Shown: one piece after another, positions 28,121 through 38,161 of the stretch
Layout: each line of letters starts with the position of its first letter
Position numbering within the stretch: position 1 is the stretch's first letter
Assembly (NCBI GenBank): GCA_029261065.1
Contig: JAJDCB010000013.1
Location: 9,868-73,867 of the forward strand
DNA length: 64,000 nt
Direction of reading: 5' to 3'
From: Candidatus Omnitrophota bacterium
GTDB lineage: Bacteria; Omnitrophota; Gorgyraeia; Zapsychrales; Zapsychraceae
Made by a program: the position numbers and the translations under genes
The notes under the pieces: model-generated
Databases searched by the model: none
What the model saw: the letters and a program-made list of their open reading frames with translations, nothing else
Told to the model about the DNA's origin: nothing

Positions 28121-29053
28121 TTAGTGTATTTGTTTGAGTTTAACGTGTTTCAAAATTTTGTGACTATCACTGATTTTAAACTTTTTATCATAAGGTGTCC
28201 CAGCGTAAGCACTGGCATGAGCAACGGCGCGAGTGAGACTATTAGAAAAACTCCTTCCCGATAAATGCTCTTTTAAAAATGCAGCCAACAATACATCACC
28301 ACAACCCACATCACGATAAGAACGCTTTGATGGCGGAGTCACAATCCAAACCTCTTTCTGATTGGATGCAACACACCCCTTTTTACTTAAAGAGATTATA
28401 GCAAGTTTTACTCCAAATGCATGAATTTTATCGATAGCCTTGAGATAATGTTTATGGGTTCTCAATGGACCACGATACAACGATTTTAATTCGGTTGCAT
28501 TAGGTTTAACGAGATATGGTTTCGCCTTTATCCCTTCAATAAGTGGGGTTTGGCTTGCATCAAGAACACTTAATACTCCCCTTTTATGAGCTAATTTAAT
28601 AAGACGATTATACATCGAAACAGACGCCCCTTGCGGGAGGCTTCCGGCAAAAACAACACAACGACTTTTGGATAACAGTTTTGTAAATTTCTTTTGAAAT
28701 AACGTAAAGTTTTTTGATTTAAAAGTCCCCATCAAGCGCGTCTGTTTTTTATTTCTTGTATCGATGATCGTTACATTTTCTCGAGTCATCCCTTCAGTCA
28801 TTACAAATTCATTTGCAATCCCTTCTTGATCCAGCCTCTCTTTTAAATGGGAACCCGTCATGCCAGCAAGAAATCCGGTTGCTCGTGTTGGGACGTTTAA
28901 ACGCGTGAGAAAACGCGAAACATTCACACCCTTGCCACCGGCCTGCACGTATTGCTGTGTCACGTTAGATGTAGAACCAAGCTTAAAATCTTTAAGCAAG
29001 ATCATCCGATCAATGGCCGGATTAAGCGTAACCGTTAAGATGTATTTAGACAT
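28121..29053 (-). CDS. PfkB-family sugar(-phosphate) kinase (1-phosphofructokinase/tagatose-6-P kinase-like)
   Basis: N-terminal TVTLNPAIDR, GGKGVN, C-terminal DVGCGDVLLAAF motifs of the pfkB/FruK group. Confidence 0.75.
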   Translation of the reverse strand: MSKYILTVTLNPAIDRMILLKDFKLGSTSNVTQQYVQAGGKGVNVSRFLTRLNVPTRATGFLAGMTGSHLKERLDQEGIANEFVMTEGMTRENVTIIDTRNKKQTRLMGTFKSKNFTLFQKKFTKLLSKSRCVVFAGSLPQGASVSMYNRLIKLAHKRGVLSVLDASQTPLIEGIKAKPYLVKPNATELKSLYRGPLRTHKHYLKAIDKIHAFGVKLAIISLSKKGCVASNQKEVWIVTPPSKRSYRDVGCGDVLLAAFLKEHLSGRSFSNSLTRAVAHASAYAGTPYDKKFKISDSHKILKHVKLKQIH

Positions 29054-29057
29054 TTAT

Positions 29058-29876
29058 TTAGTGATTTGAAAAATCGAACAGATTAGAATATTGAAACTCA
29101 TAACTTAACAAAGACTTTAATTTCTTATTTGAAACTTTTTTTCCCTTAACCTCAGCAGATGTATCAAATGTTGGCAAGGGTACCTTTAAATGTTTGGCCG
29201 CTCGTTCGTATAATTCTTTTCTTAAGGGATGTTCATCACAACAAACATTAATAACACCAGGGGATACATTGTTTTCTACAATTTTTAACAAAATAGATAC
29301 GACATCTTCAAAATGAACTAAATTCACATAGCCTTGTGCACTTTTTATACTCTTTTTTCCTGACAAAAATTTTCCAATCATCCTCTCTCCCCCAAATAAT
29401 CCAGCCAATCGTAAAACCGTTGTTTGAAATAAGGAGCTATTTAAAAACATTTCTTCTACCGTCTTTAAAACTTTAGATCTTTCATTATCTGGAACAAAAT
29501 CTAGATCTTCATAAGCATCGCAAACGGTCTCTGGATAGATTGATGTTGAGCTGGCGAAAATAACACGTTGAATTCTTGAGGATTCAATAAAAGGCACCAA
29601 TGCATCACATTGCTTTTTATATTCCCAAGGATCCTTAAATCCTCGGCGGAAAGGAATATTTAAAAAAAGCACGTCTGAATCAAAGAAGTCTTTTATTGTA
29701 GGATTTAAATCTGGGGTTTTAATGAGAAAAGGGGTGATATTCAAAGAGCTTAATTGTTCTAATGTTTCTGGAGACGTGCTAGAACCTTTAACAGCAAACC
29801 CCTGTTGTAAAAACCGTTTCGCTGCAGGCAAACCTAAATAACCACATCCTAAAATGCTAATACTATTTTGTGACAT
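29058..29876 (-). CDS. NAD(P)-binding Rossmann-fold protein (epimerase/dehydratase-like)
   Basis: ILGCGYLGLPAAKRF glycine-rich dinucleotide-binding motif at the N-terminus; 272 aa. Confidence 0.45.
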   Translation of the reverse strand: MSQNSISILGCGYLGLPAAKRFLQQGFAVKGSSTSPETLEQLSSLNITPFLIKTPDLNPTIKDFFDSDVLFLNIPFRRGFKDPWEYKKQCDALVPFIESSRIQRVIFASSTSIYPETVCDAYEDLDFVPDNERSKVLKTVEEMFLNSSLFQTTVLRLAGLFGGERMIGKFLSGKKSIKSAQGYVNLVHFEDVVSILLKIVENNVSPGVINVCCDEHPLRKELYERAAKHLKVPLPTFDTSAEVKGKKVSNKKLKSLLSYEFQYSNLFDFSNH

Positions 29877-29962
29877 ATGATGCCTTTAAGTTTTGAGGTA
29901 GCAAAGAGGCTCTCATAAGAGTGTAAGGTGAGAAAAATAATATTGAATCACTTAAATATTAT

Positions 29963-30454
29963 TTATAAATATTTTTCTAATTCCGTCCAAGACTTCTTGC
30001 CAATAATCCCATCTGTTGTCAATCCATGATCAGCCTGAAAAGTAAGAATAGCTTTTTTTGTACCCCGACCGATCTTGCCATCAACACTGCCTTTATAATA
30101 TCCTGAGTTTTTTAAAGCTGTCTGAATTTTTTGAGAACTGACATTAACACGAACAATATCAGAACTGGATCTTGTCTTTTTCGAATTGTAACTTGTTGTT
30201 TTTACAGAAGATCTTGAAAGCACAGGCTCCTCTATGTAGCTTCCAAAAGAATGCGTATCTGTTGAATCAAGTTGTGAGGAAAGATCCTCGACTTCTTCCT
30301 TTAAGACAGCAACTTCTTCATCACGATCTTCCAGTTTACGTTCTAATTGAGAGACCTTAATTTGAAGTTGATTCATCGCCGTTGGTTGGGTAACGGCGGA
30401 ACACCCCGATAACAGCCCAACAGCTAAAAATGTAATGATAATATTTGATTTCAC
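29963..30454 (-). CDS. Lipoprotein with coiled-coil region and C-terminal peptidoglycan-binding (PG_binding_1-like) domain
   Basis: Lipobox LLSGCSA; C-terminus GYYKGSVDGKIGRGTKKAILTFQADHGLTTDGIIGKKSW. Confidence 0.55.
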   Translation of the reverse strand: MKSNIIITFLAVGLLSGCSAVTQPTAMNQLQIKVSQLERKLEDRDEEVAVLKEEVEDLSSQLDSTDTHSFGSYIEEPVLSRSSVKTTSYNSKKTRSSSDIVRVNVSSQKIQTALKNSGYYKGSVDGKIGRGTKKAILTFQADHGLTTDGIIGKKSWTELEKYL

Positions 30455-30565
30455 AAATCCCTCCTCTCCTTTTAATCATTTTAGAAAATGATTATCCAGG
30501 AATTACGAATTAATTTTCTTAAGTCTAAAAAGTTTGATTGCGTTATTGTTCAGACTTAGAAAAAG

Positions 30566-32386
30566 TTATAAATTATTTTTTTTCATACTGTAATCTTTAG
30601 AAGCATCACTCCAGTCATAATCTGTTTCAAGCAAAAGGATAGTTTGAATATAGGCCAAATGAGAATACCCTTGTGGGAAATTACCAATAAGACGTTTGGT
30701 GGCAATCTCGACATCTTCTGAATAAAGACCTAAATGGTTACTGCATCGTTGCATGTTCTCAAACATGTCCCGCGCTTTTCTTTCCTCGCCAATCAAATAC
30801 AGGGCATTAATCATCCAAAACGTGCAAACAATAAAAGCATTTTCTGGAAGACCAAACTCATCTTCCGCTATATATCGAAATGTAAAACCTTGTTTAACCA
30901 AATGCTGATAAGATTTCTCTACGGTACTAACCATCCGTGGATCTGTTTTATCCAAAAAGCCATAATGCAGCATTAACAAGTTTGAGGCATCATAGTATTC
31001 AGATCCATAATACATCGTGAAGGATTTTAGTTTTTCATTCCAGCCATTTGCGAGAATATCTTCCTTAATTTCATCAGCCAACTTACTCCAACTCTCCACA
31101 TGATCCGTCTTATTAACATACTTTGCAATCTTCACCGCCCGATCCATAGCCACCCAATTCATCAATTTCGAATGCACATAGTGCTGCAAAGCCTCTCTTC
31201 TCTCCCAAATACCACTATCTGGCTTTTGCCAAATATCACGGACACGATTAACTAAGGAGCGCGTCATCGTCCATATTTCTTCATTCACTTGATAGTGATC
31301 ACGACGATTGACAACGAAATAAGTATAAATCGTTTCAATCAACTCCCCATACAAATCATTTTGCTTTTGTCGATAAGCATCATTTCCGATACGTACAGGC
31401 TTAGAATCTTCGTAACCAGCTAAATGATCCAATTCAATTTCCGTTAATTCTTCCTCACCATTAATCCCATACATGACACGAATATCTTCATGTTTTAATA
31501 ACATACGATTTAAGATAAAATCGATAAAACCATTAGCAGATTCAATATGACCAATACGAATGTAGGTATCAATAATCATCGCCGCATCACGCACCCAACA
31601 AAATCGATAGTCCCAATTTCGATTGCCTCCAATAATTTCTGGGAATGACGTTGTCGGAGCTGCAATGACAGCCCCTGTTCTTTGATACATCAAAAGTTTT
31701 AATGTGATAGCTGAGCGACTAATTTGCTCTTTAAAATTGGGAGGATAATTCGTACGTTGAACCCAATCTAACCAATAGGACTTTGTTTTTTCATATTCTA
31801 AAAAAATCTTATCGTTATCAATATTTTCAAGTTTCTCGTGATAAGACAATAGAAAATAGGAATACTCATCTAACTCGATTTCTTCTGAATTTAAAATTTT
31901 AGCCGCATCAAGATTACTATAAAGATAAAAACTATTGTACTCCCCTGCCTGAGACATAATCTTGATGTAATCTTTTTTTAATGCATATGTGGCGGGACCT
32001 AACGCATAATTAGGGCTAGCATTTAAGGTAACAACAATACGAGGATTTCCAGAGATAACGCGAATCTTTCGATGCAATTCCGAAGGACAATAATAACCGC
32101 CACGGACAGCCATAAAACGTGGCATGTAATCGTTAACTTCGAAAGCCCCTTGCTTGGTCGTAAAAGTCGTTTTAAGAATGGCGGTGTGTGTTATGTAGGC
32201 TTGTTTGACTTCGGTGACATCAACTGCTTCAATTGTAAAGAATCCCCCCTTCTTAGAATCAAGGACTTTCGCAAATAGCGATGGAGAATCAAAAAATGGA
32301 AGACAGAGCCATTCAATAGAACATTGGGATGTAATGAGCGCTGCACTCGTGCAGTTGCCCACGATCCCATAATCGTAACTTTTCAT
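30566..32386 (-). CDS. Glycoside hydrolase family 15 protein (glucoamylase/trehalase-related)
   Basis: N-terminal YGIVGNCTSAALIT...IEWLCLPFFDSPS and catalytic-domain layout typical of bacterial GH15. Confidence 0.75.
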   Translation of the reverse strand: MKSYDYGIVGNCTSAALITSQCSIEWLCLPFFDSPSLFAKVLDSKKGGFFTIEAVDVTEVKQAYITHTAILKTTFTTKQGAFEVNDYMPRFMAVRGGYYCPSELHRKIRVISGNPRIVVTLNASPNYALGPATYALKKDYIKIMSQAGEYNSFYLYSNLDAAKILNSEEIELDEYSYFLLSYHEKLENIDNDKIFLEYEKTKSYWLDWVQRTNYPPNFKEQISRSAITLKLLMYQRTGAVIAAPTTSFPEIIGGNRNWDYRFCWVRDAAMIIDTYIRIGHIESANGFIDFILNRMLLKHEDIRVMYGINGEEELTEIELDHLAGYEDSKPVRIGNDAYRQKQNDLYGELIETIYTYFVVNRRDHYQVNEEIWTMTRSLVNRVRDIWQKPDSGIWERREALQHYVHSKLMNWVAMDRAVKIAKYVNKTDHVESWSKLADEIKEDILANGWNEKLKSFTMYYGSEYYDASNLLMLHYGFLDKTDPRMVSTVEKSYQHLVKQGFTFRYIAEDEFGLPENAFIVCTFWMINALYLIGEERKARDMFENMQRCSNHLGLYSEDVEIATKRLIGNFPQGYSHLAYIQTILLLETDYDWSDASKDYSMKKNNL

Positions 32387-32539
32387 AATGAGGAATATAC
32401 TACTTTAATTGAAGATAATTTTATAATAATATTTTAACGGTATAATAATTATTTTAACACAAAGAAAATATGTGCCTATGAGTTCTTCATATATTTTATA
32501 GGACTCAAATAGAGAATTTAAACACGGGATTCTCTTGAT

Positions 32540-33148
32540 TTAATACTTCACAGAACAACCATAAGACTTTGTTTCAGAATCTGTAACACTAACACCTGAC
32601 ATCGCTTGATTAAGAGCATTTAAGACATAATTATCGGCATCCGCTATTCCAGCAGGATCAAATCCATCGTCACTATCAATAGCCCCTTGATAAATAAGGA
32701 CACCATCAGGATTAACCACAAACATATGCGGCGTCGTTTGTGCCTCATAGAGATTGCCAACAGTACCATCGGTGTCAATCAAGTAGGAACTCGGTGTAGC
32801 GGACTGCTCTTCAATGCGCGCATTAATTTCCTGAGGTGTAAAGTTTCCTTGCTTGCCTTCTGCGGAAGAATTAATAGATAACCAGACGACATTTTGGGCG
32901 ACAAATTGAGCTTGCAGGTTTTGCATATTTTCACTGTCATAATGCTTCTTAACAAAAGGACAATCGTAATTAACCCACTCAAGCACAACGTACTTTCCTT
33001 GATAATCAGATAAAGAACGCTGCTGGCCAGTTGAATCTGTTAAGGTAAAATCTGGTGCTGGTGAATTAATATCTACATAAGCCTCACTTGGCCGTGCCAA
33101 TGCGACAAACACGATCAAACAAAAAAAACCAATCATTATTTTTTTCAT
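32540..33148 (-). CDS. Secreted thioredoxin-fold protein (redoxin/AhpC-TSA-like)
   Basis: Signal peptide; WVNYDCPFV active-site-like region; 202 aa. Confidence 0.5.
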   Translation of the reverse strand: MKKIMIGFFCLIVFVALARPSEAYVDINSPAPDFTLTDSTGQQRSLSDYQGKYVVLEWVNYDCPFVKKHYDSENMQNLQAQFVAQNVVWLSINSSAEGKQGNFTPQEINARIEEQSATPSSYLIDTDGTVGNLYEAQTTPHMFVVNPDGVLIYQGAIDSDDGFDPAGIADADNYVLNALNQAMSGVSVTDSETKSYGCSVKY

Positions 33149-33179
33149 AACACCCTCCTCTTTTAATAAACCATTATTA

Positions 33180-35309
33180 TTACGGAATAGATTCTAATGC
33201 TTCTAATACAATCTTTGTTGTTAACAACTCCGGAAGAGAAATAATATCACCCTTTTTGCCCTTTGTATACAACACATAAAAGGGAATACTCTTCTTTCCA
33301 AATTCAGCTAAAAGCTTGGTAATATCTTCATCATAATCCGTCCAGTCCGCTTTAAGAAAAACCACTTCTTTTTCCTTAAATTTTTGAACAACATTTTTTC
33401 TATCTAACACAAGCCTTTCATTGACTTGACAGGTTAAACACCATGAAGCTGTAAAATCTAAAAATACTGTTTTATCGCTCTCTAACAATTGTTTCAATAA
33501 CTCCGGTGAATAATTTTGCCATTGCAATTTTTGTGAAACACCCCTATTATTCGTCTCACCAACACTATGATCCCTAATGGAGAAATAAAGACAATTTGCA
33601 CCAACAAGCACACTTAAGACCATTAATATCAAAAGCACACGAGACTTTTTAAGGGAATAAAACCAAACGCCTAATGCGATAAAGAGCAAACCAAACAACA
33701 AGAATGCCATCGCACCCAATCCACCCAACTGGCCTAAAACCCAAGCCAGCCATAACACAGTTAATAAAAACACGAACCCAAAAAATTGTTTTAAGGCATT
33801 CATCCATGGGCCCGGTCTAGGCAGTTTGCTAAGTAATGATGGCGACATAGCAAGCAAACAATAAGGCATGGCCATCCCCACGCCTAACGACGTGAAAACG
33901 ATAAAAGTCACCCAAAAAGGTTGTGTTAATCCATAGCCTAAAGCTGATCCCATAAAAGGGGCTGTGCACGGTGTTGCCACTAACGTTGTAAGCATACCGT
34001 TAAAAAAATAAGATTGCCCGCTTAGACCATTATTTTTTGTTTTCTGAGAAAAGGCAATTTGAAACTCAAACAGCCCAAATTGATTTAAGGCTAATAACAA
34101 AAATAGGACCGCCATTAAAACGATGAATATAGGCGATTGAAATTGAAATCCCCACCCCAATAAATAACCAGCTCCTTTCATAACTAACACGATGCCGGCT
34201 AAAATCCAAAACATAAAAATCACACCCATAGCAAACATCAAAGCCTGAGACATTATTGACTTTTTATCATTTTGGGTATGCTCAATGAGTTGCAAAACTT
34301 TTATCGATAACACCGGTAGAACACAAGGCATCAAATTTAATATAAGCCCGCCCAAAAGTGCAAAAATGATAGCTAACCCTAAATGAGAAACCTCATTATT
34401 TCCTACATATGATTGAGGAGATTTCTGTATCTTAACCTCATGAGCTTCCACCTCAATAGCCAAAGATGAAACCCCTCGCCCCCAACCTGATTTGGCCTCA
34501 ATAATCCCCTCTAACATATCAACAGATTCTTTTGCAAGATCTGACCTTTTAACATGCAAGGAATAATGTCCATCAGTAAACCTCGTTAAAACTTGCTTTG
34601 CGGCATGATCAATAACATCGTTTTGATAAGGATAAAAATAAACACTCTCTAAATTGACAAACTCTCCCTCAGGGGGAATCAGTTTTAGACGATAATCAAA
34701 TTCATGATTTTCAAAATTTAGCTGCCAACCATGCTCTTTTACAGGTAAAAAACTTTTTAAATCGTTAGGCCATTGGGAATTTTTTATAGGTTCAGAAATT
34801 GTAGCCGGCAACGTCAAAAAAAGATTAGCCCCTCCTGGCACACATTCAATCTTGCAAGCCAACCACTTAACATGAGCTTTAACTGTATAAGGAGTATTTG
34901 GATTTAAATGCCGTGGTGTAAGAATTTTACTAGTGAGATAAACCTCTCCTTCATATCCATAACTCGTCAACGATTCTATATTAATGCGTTCGGGGTATGG
35001 CCATTGAATATCTTGGGCTTCAAACCCTTCGGGTAGAGTCCATTCAATTTCCGGAGTAAAACCTGAATCGCCTGGATTACGCCAGTAAACGTGCCAATGC
35101 TCATCCATTGTCATGCGTAATGCAACGGTTATTGACTGAGCAGGTTTAAGCGAAAGAGTTTCACTTATCAGTTCAACTTCCGTATTGGCATCTTTTATAA
35201 TTTGAGCTGATGACGGCGAGGAAAGATACAAAAAAAATCCTGTTAAGAGAAACAGGATTTTAAGAAGCCGAAAGTATTTTTCTATTAATAAATTAGATCC
35301 AAAAAACAT
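33180..35309 (-). CDS. dsbD: Thiol:disulfide interchange protein DsbD (N-terminal periplasmic domain, central DsbD TM core, C-terminal thioredoxin domain)
   Basis: Central CVLPVLSIKVL motif, multiple TM helices, C-terminal ASWCLTCQ thioredoxin CxxC. Confidence 0.8.
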   Translation of the reverse strand: MFFGSNLLIEKYFRLLKILFLLTGFFLYLSSPSSAQIIKDANTEVELISETLSLKPAQSITVALRMTMDEHWHVYWRNPGDSGFTPEIEWTLPEGFEAQDIQWPYPERINIESLTSYGYEGEVYLTSKILTPRHLNPNTPYTVKAHVKWLACKIECVPGGANLFLTLPATISEPIKNSQWPNDLKSFLPVKEHGWQLNFENHEFDYRLKLIPPEGEFVNLESVYFYPYQNDVIDHAAKQVLTRFTDGHYSLHVKRSDLAKESVDMLEGIIEAKSGWGRGVSSLAIEVEAHEVKIQKSPQSYVGNNEVSHLGLAIIFALLGGLILNLMPCVLPVLSIKVLQLIEHTQNDKKSIMSQALMFAMGVIFMFWILAGIVLVMKGAGYLLGWGFQFQSPIFIVLMAVLFLLLALNQFGLFEFQIAFSQKTKNNGLSGQSYFFNGMLTTLVATPCTAPFMGSALGYGLTQPFWVTFIVFTSLGVGMAMPYCLLAMSPSLLSKLPRPGPWMNALKQFFGFVFLLTVLWLAWVLGQLGGLGAMAFLLFGLLFIALGVWFYSLKKSRVLLILMVLSVLVGANCLYFSIRDHSVGETNNRGVSQKLQWQNYSPELLKQLLESDKTVFLDFTASWCLTCQVNERLVLDRKNVVQKFKEKEVVFLKADWTDYDEDITKLLAEFGKKSIPFYVLYTKGKKGDIISLPELLTTKIVLEALESIP

Positions 35310-36037
35310 TACTGACCTTCGTTATGGATCACATGATATTGCATCATATTTACCTTAACTTTTTTGGAGATCTCAGGATAGTGTTTCTCAAAATAAACCA
35401 TAGCATCATCCGACTCATTTAGCACCTCTGCTGTATATTCAAAACCAGGCTTGATAACGGGGACACCGCCTAACTTAATCTTTTCTTTCGTACCTAAAAC
35501 ATTAAGGGTGCCAATGTAGGATATCGTACTACTCAACACTTCAAATGTAATTAAAATTTCTTCCTCCGCCGTGGTTGAGCCTACAGGAATAGAAATAGAG
35601 GAGATTCTATAGACGCCCGCTGGCAACTCAATGAAAAAGTATCCTGGTTGTACTGCTTTTACATCCCAAGAAAAATGTGTCTGAGCGGATTTATCACCAA
35701 TATACAATTGAAATTTATTGTCCTCATTATTGACATCTTCGATAAAGAATTTAACATACGTCGTCTGTAATACACCTTGAAAATCCGTCTTTGCAAAAAT
35801 GACACCTTTCTCCTCTACATACTCTTGCAGTGTTTCCGATTTAACATTTTCTAATTCCGGGGAAAGATCATTATCAGGCAGAATTGCCTGAGTGCTAGAA
35901 GATTCTTCGTGCTCTTGCTTCTCAACAACAACCTCTTGAACTATAGGAAGCTCTACATCAGGTGGCATCACCTCACTGACCGTGGCGCATCCGGATAGAA
36001 GCATGAGGGATAAGAGATAGGTCAGTAATTTTTTCAT
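35309..36037 (-). CDS. Hypothetical lipoprotein
   Basis: Lipobox LMLLSGCATV; 242 aa; shares a boundary nucleotide with dsbD. Confidence 0.5.
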   Translation of the reverse strand: MKKLLTYLLSLMLLSGCATVSEVMPPDVELPIVQEVVVEKQEHEESSSTQAILPDNDLSPELENVKSETLQEYVEEKGVIFAKTDFQGVLQTTYVKFFIEDVNNEDNKFQLYIGDKSAQTHFSWDVKAVQPGYFFIELPAGVYRISSISIPVGSTTAEEEILITFEVLSSTISYIGTLNVLGTKEKIKLGGVPVIKPGFEYTAEVLNESDDAMVYFEKHYPEISKKVKVNMMQYHVIHNEGQ

Positions 36038-36267
36038 TTAAAACCGTATTCCTTTTCACTATAAAAATGATTTCTATAGGAGATGTAGTTTAACAAAAAT
36101 GACCCCTTCTAATCAAGTACTAGTTCAACAGTTTTTCCCCTTTGTAATATAAACAAAATATGGCGCAATATTATTTGGTTGAAAAACAAAAATACGGGGA
36201 TTCTTTTGGGGGGAGGAATGCTGAATAGAGTACTCTATTCATCTATCAAAAGATGCATAGAGTACTC

Positions 36268-36304
36268 ATTAAAAAAACGGCACAAGGAAAACCTTGTGCC
36301 GTTT
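36268..36304 (-). terminator. Rho-independent terminator (13-bp perfect stem AAACGGCACAAGG/CCTTGTGCCGTTT, loop AAAA, then T8 on the minus strand)
   Basis: Read directly; lies 26-60 nt downstream of the stop of the 36330..36683 gene. Confidence 0.65.
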
Positions 36305-36329
36305 GGGCTGCATAATCAAAAACATCAAC

Positions 36330-36683
36330 TTACGTTAACGCCTCTGACTTTTTGGGGGAGAAAGCTTTATGCTTCCAACTAATATGGATATTAAGAGTAT
36401 GCTGAAAATCCACCTTTAACAACATACGCTTTTGCTTAACGAAAAAATGCCCTTTTACAAGAAAGTTGAATTTCTCCACTCTCCTGCGGGTATTAAATGA
36501 CTTCTTAATGAAGACCTCAGGAGCAACTGTTTTAGGCTCCTTTTCTTCACTGACTGATACTTTATAAGTAAACTTCTTAAGGACATGAGTAATACACTCA
36601 TTATCCTCTGTGCGCGAAGTGATACGAACTAACTTCATCTTTTTTTTAGGATCGTTCAATCTTTTAAATTGTAATTTCTTCAT
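36330..36683 (-). CDS. Small basic hypothetical protein (117 aa from ATG 36683)
   Basis: GGGGAG Shine-Dalgarno 7 nt upstream of ATG 36683 (track ORF starts with TTG at 36725); putative -10 TATACT about 22 nt upstream; strong terminator downstream; Lys/Arg-rich. Confidence 0.4.
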   Translation of the reverse strand: MKKLQFKRLNDPKKKMKLVRITSRTEDNECITHVLKKFTYKVSVSEEKEPKTVAPEVFIKKSFNTRRRVEKFNFLVKGHFFVKQKRMLLKVDFQHTLNIHISWKHKAFSPKKSEALT

Positions 36684-36955
36684 GTTTGACTCCCCTTTGT
36701 TTGACAGTGAAAGTATAGCATTCAAGGGTAGTCGAACAAGAGCGATACAGGGCTTTGCAGAAAACGTTTTCTTGATTTATCAGCGACGGAAAAAGGTTGA
36801 GATGCCTTTCATCGTGATAATTGTGGTGAGAATATATTGAAGGGTATTAATCCAAATAGAACCTAAATCAAAAAAGGGTAGGATGTTATGTTAACTAAGG
36901 AGAGGTGAGTTCGAAAATTATGTAAACCATTTATTTTCAACATGTTACAATATAT

Positions 36956-37582
36956 TTACTTTTTGCCTAAAAAAGATAAAGGCACGCGAGGCTCTTCGCC
37001 TCTGAGCAACCTTTTGACATTTGGGCGATGCCTTATGACCACAAAAATACAAAGTAAAACCCCAACAAAAATAATCTCCAAAGGCTGACTGGTTAACGCC
37101 ATAATAACAGGAAGTGTAATAGCAGCTAAAATCGAAGATAGTGACACAATGGCCGTTATTAAAAAGCTGACCACCCAGACAATAAGGGTAATCGCAAGAA
37201 CAGGCCAAATTGAGGCTATTTTGATGGCCAGACCAATAAGAACACCCAAGGTCGTCGCGATCCCCTTACCCCCTTTAAATTTAAGGAAAATCGTCCAATT
37301 ATGCCCACTGATAACACATATGGACAATAAGAGCCTATGATAAATTTCTGTTAGACCCAGTACATCAGCAATCAAAACAACAGCTAAAAGACCCTTTAAA
37401 ATATCCAAAATTAAAACAATCGCTCCAGGCCCTTTTCCTAAAACCCTAAAGACATTTGTGGCCCCCACATTTCCGGACCCATGTTCCCTTATATCTAAGC
37501 CCTTTGAGAGCTTTCCAAATATATAGGCTGTTGGGATGGAACCCATCAAATAACTTAAAAAAGCTCCTATCACAATAATCAT
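36956..37582 (-). CDS. plsY: Glycerol-3-phosphate acyltransferase PlsY
   Basis: GSGNVGATN motif, about 200 aa polytopic protein. Confidence 0.85.
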   Translation of the reverse strand: MIIVIGAFLSYLMGSIPTAYIFGKLSKGLDIREHGSGNVGATNVFRVLGKGPGAIVLILDILKGLLAVVLIADVLGLTEIYHRLLLSICVISGHNWTIFLKFKGGKGIATTLGVLIGLAIKIASIWPVLAITLIVWVVSFLITAIVSLSSILAAITLPVIMALTSQPLEIIFVGVLLCIFVVIRHRPNVKRLLRGEEPRVPLSFLGKK

Positions 37583-37587
37583 TTAAC

Positions 37588-38145
37588 CTACGCCTCCTTC
37601 TGTAAAATTTTAAACCCTTTAATCACATAATCTAAACCAGAAATGATGGTCAGCCCCAAAACAACATACCAAACATAATGACTTATCGACCATTGCATTA
37701 ACAAAAATACAATGGCGAATACTTGAGAAAATGTGCACGCCTTACTCCAATGCGAAGCCTGAAACGTAATGGGAATATGCAACAAATAAATAATGCCAAT
37801 ACCAATTAGAATAATAATATCACGACTTAGCACAGCAACAATCAACCAAATTGGAAACTTTACGACCTCAAACATTGGCCCCATTTTATAGAGAACGAGA
37901 AAACCACTAATCAATAAAAGCTTATCGGCCACGGGATCAAGAATCGCTCCTATCTGTGATGTTTGTTGAAATCGACGGGCAACATAACCATCAAGACCAT
38001 CTAAAGCAGCCGCTAAAGAAAATAAAGCTAAAGCCACATATCTTAAATAATCTTTCTCAGGAGAATAATACAAAACGGTTGTAACAAAAAAAGGAACAAT
38101 GAGGATACGAAGACATGTGAGTTGATTGGCGAGGGCTGCATTCAT
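37588..38145 (-). CDS. pgsA: CDP-alcohol phosphatidyltransferase (PgsA-like)
   Basis: D-G-x2-AR...G-x3-D-x3-D family motif (DGLDGYVARR...GAILDPVADK); ATG at 38145 avoids the 29-nt overlap implied by the track ORF start at 38190. Confidence 0.7.
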   Translation of the reverse strand: MNAALANQLTCLRILIVPFFVTTVLYYSPEKDYLRYVALALFSLAAALDGLDGYVARRFQQTSQIGAILDPVADKLLLISGFLVLYKMGPMFEVVKFPIWLIVAVLSRDIIILIGIGIIYLLHIPITFQASHWSKACTFSQVFAIVFLLMQWSISHYVWYVVLGLTIISGLDYVIKGFKILQKEA

Positions 38146-38161
38146 AATTAGGATAAGGTAA

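Noticed and set aside
36945-37208. Minus-strand 87-aa ORF overlapping plsY in another frame
   Set aside because: Out-of-frame overlap with plsY, which has clear family motifs; spurious.
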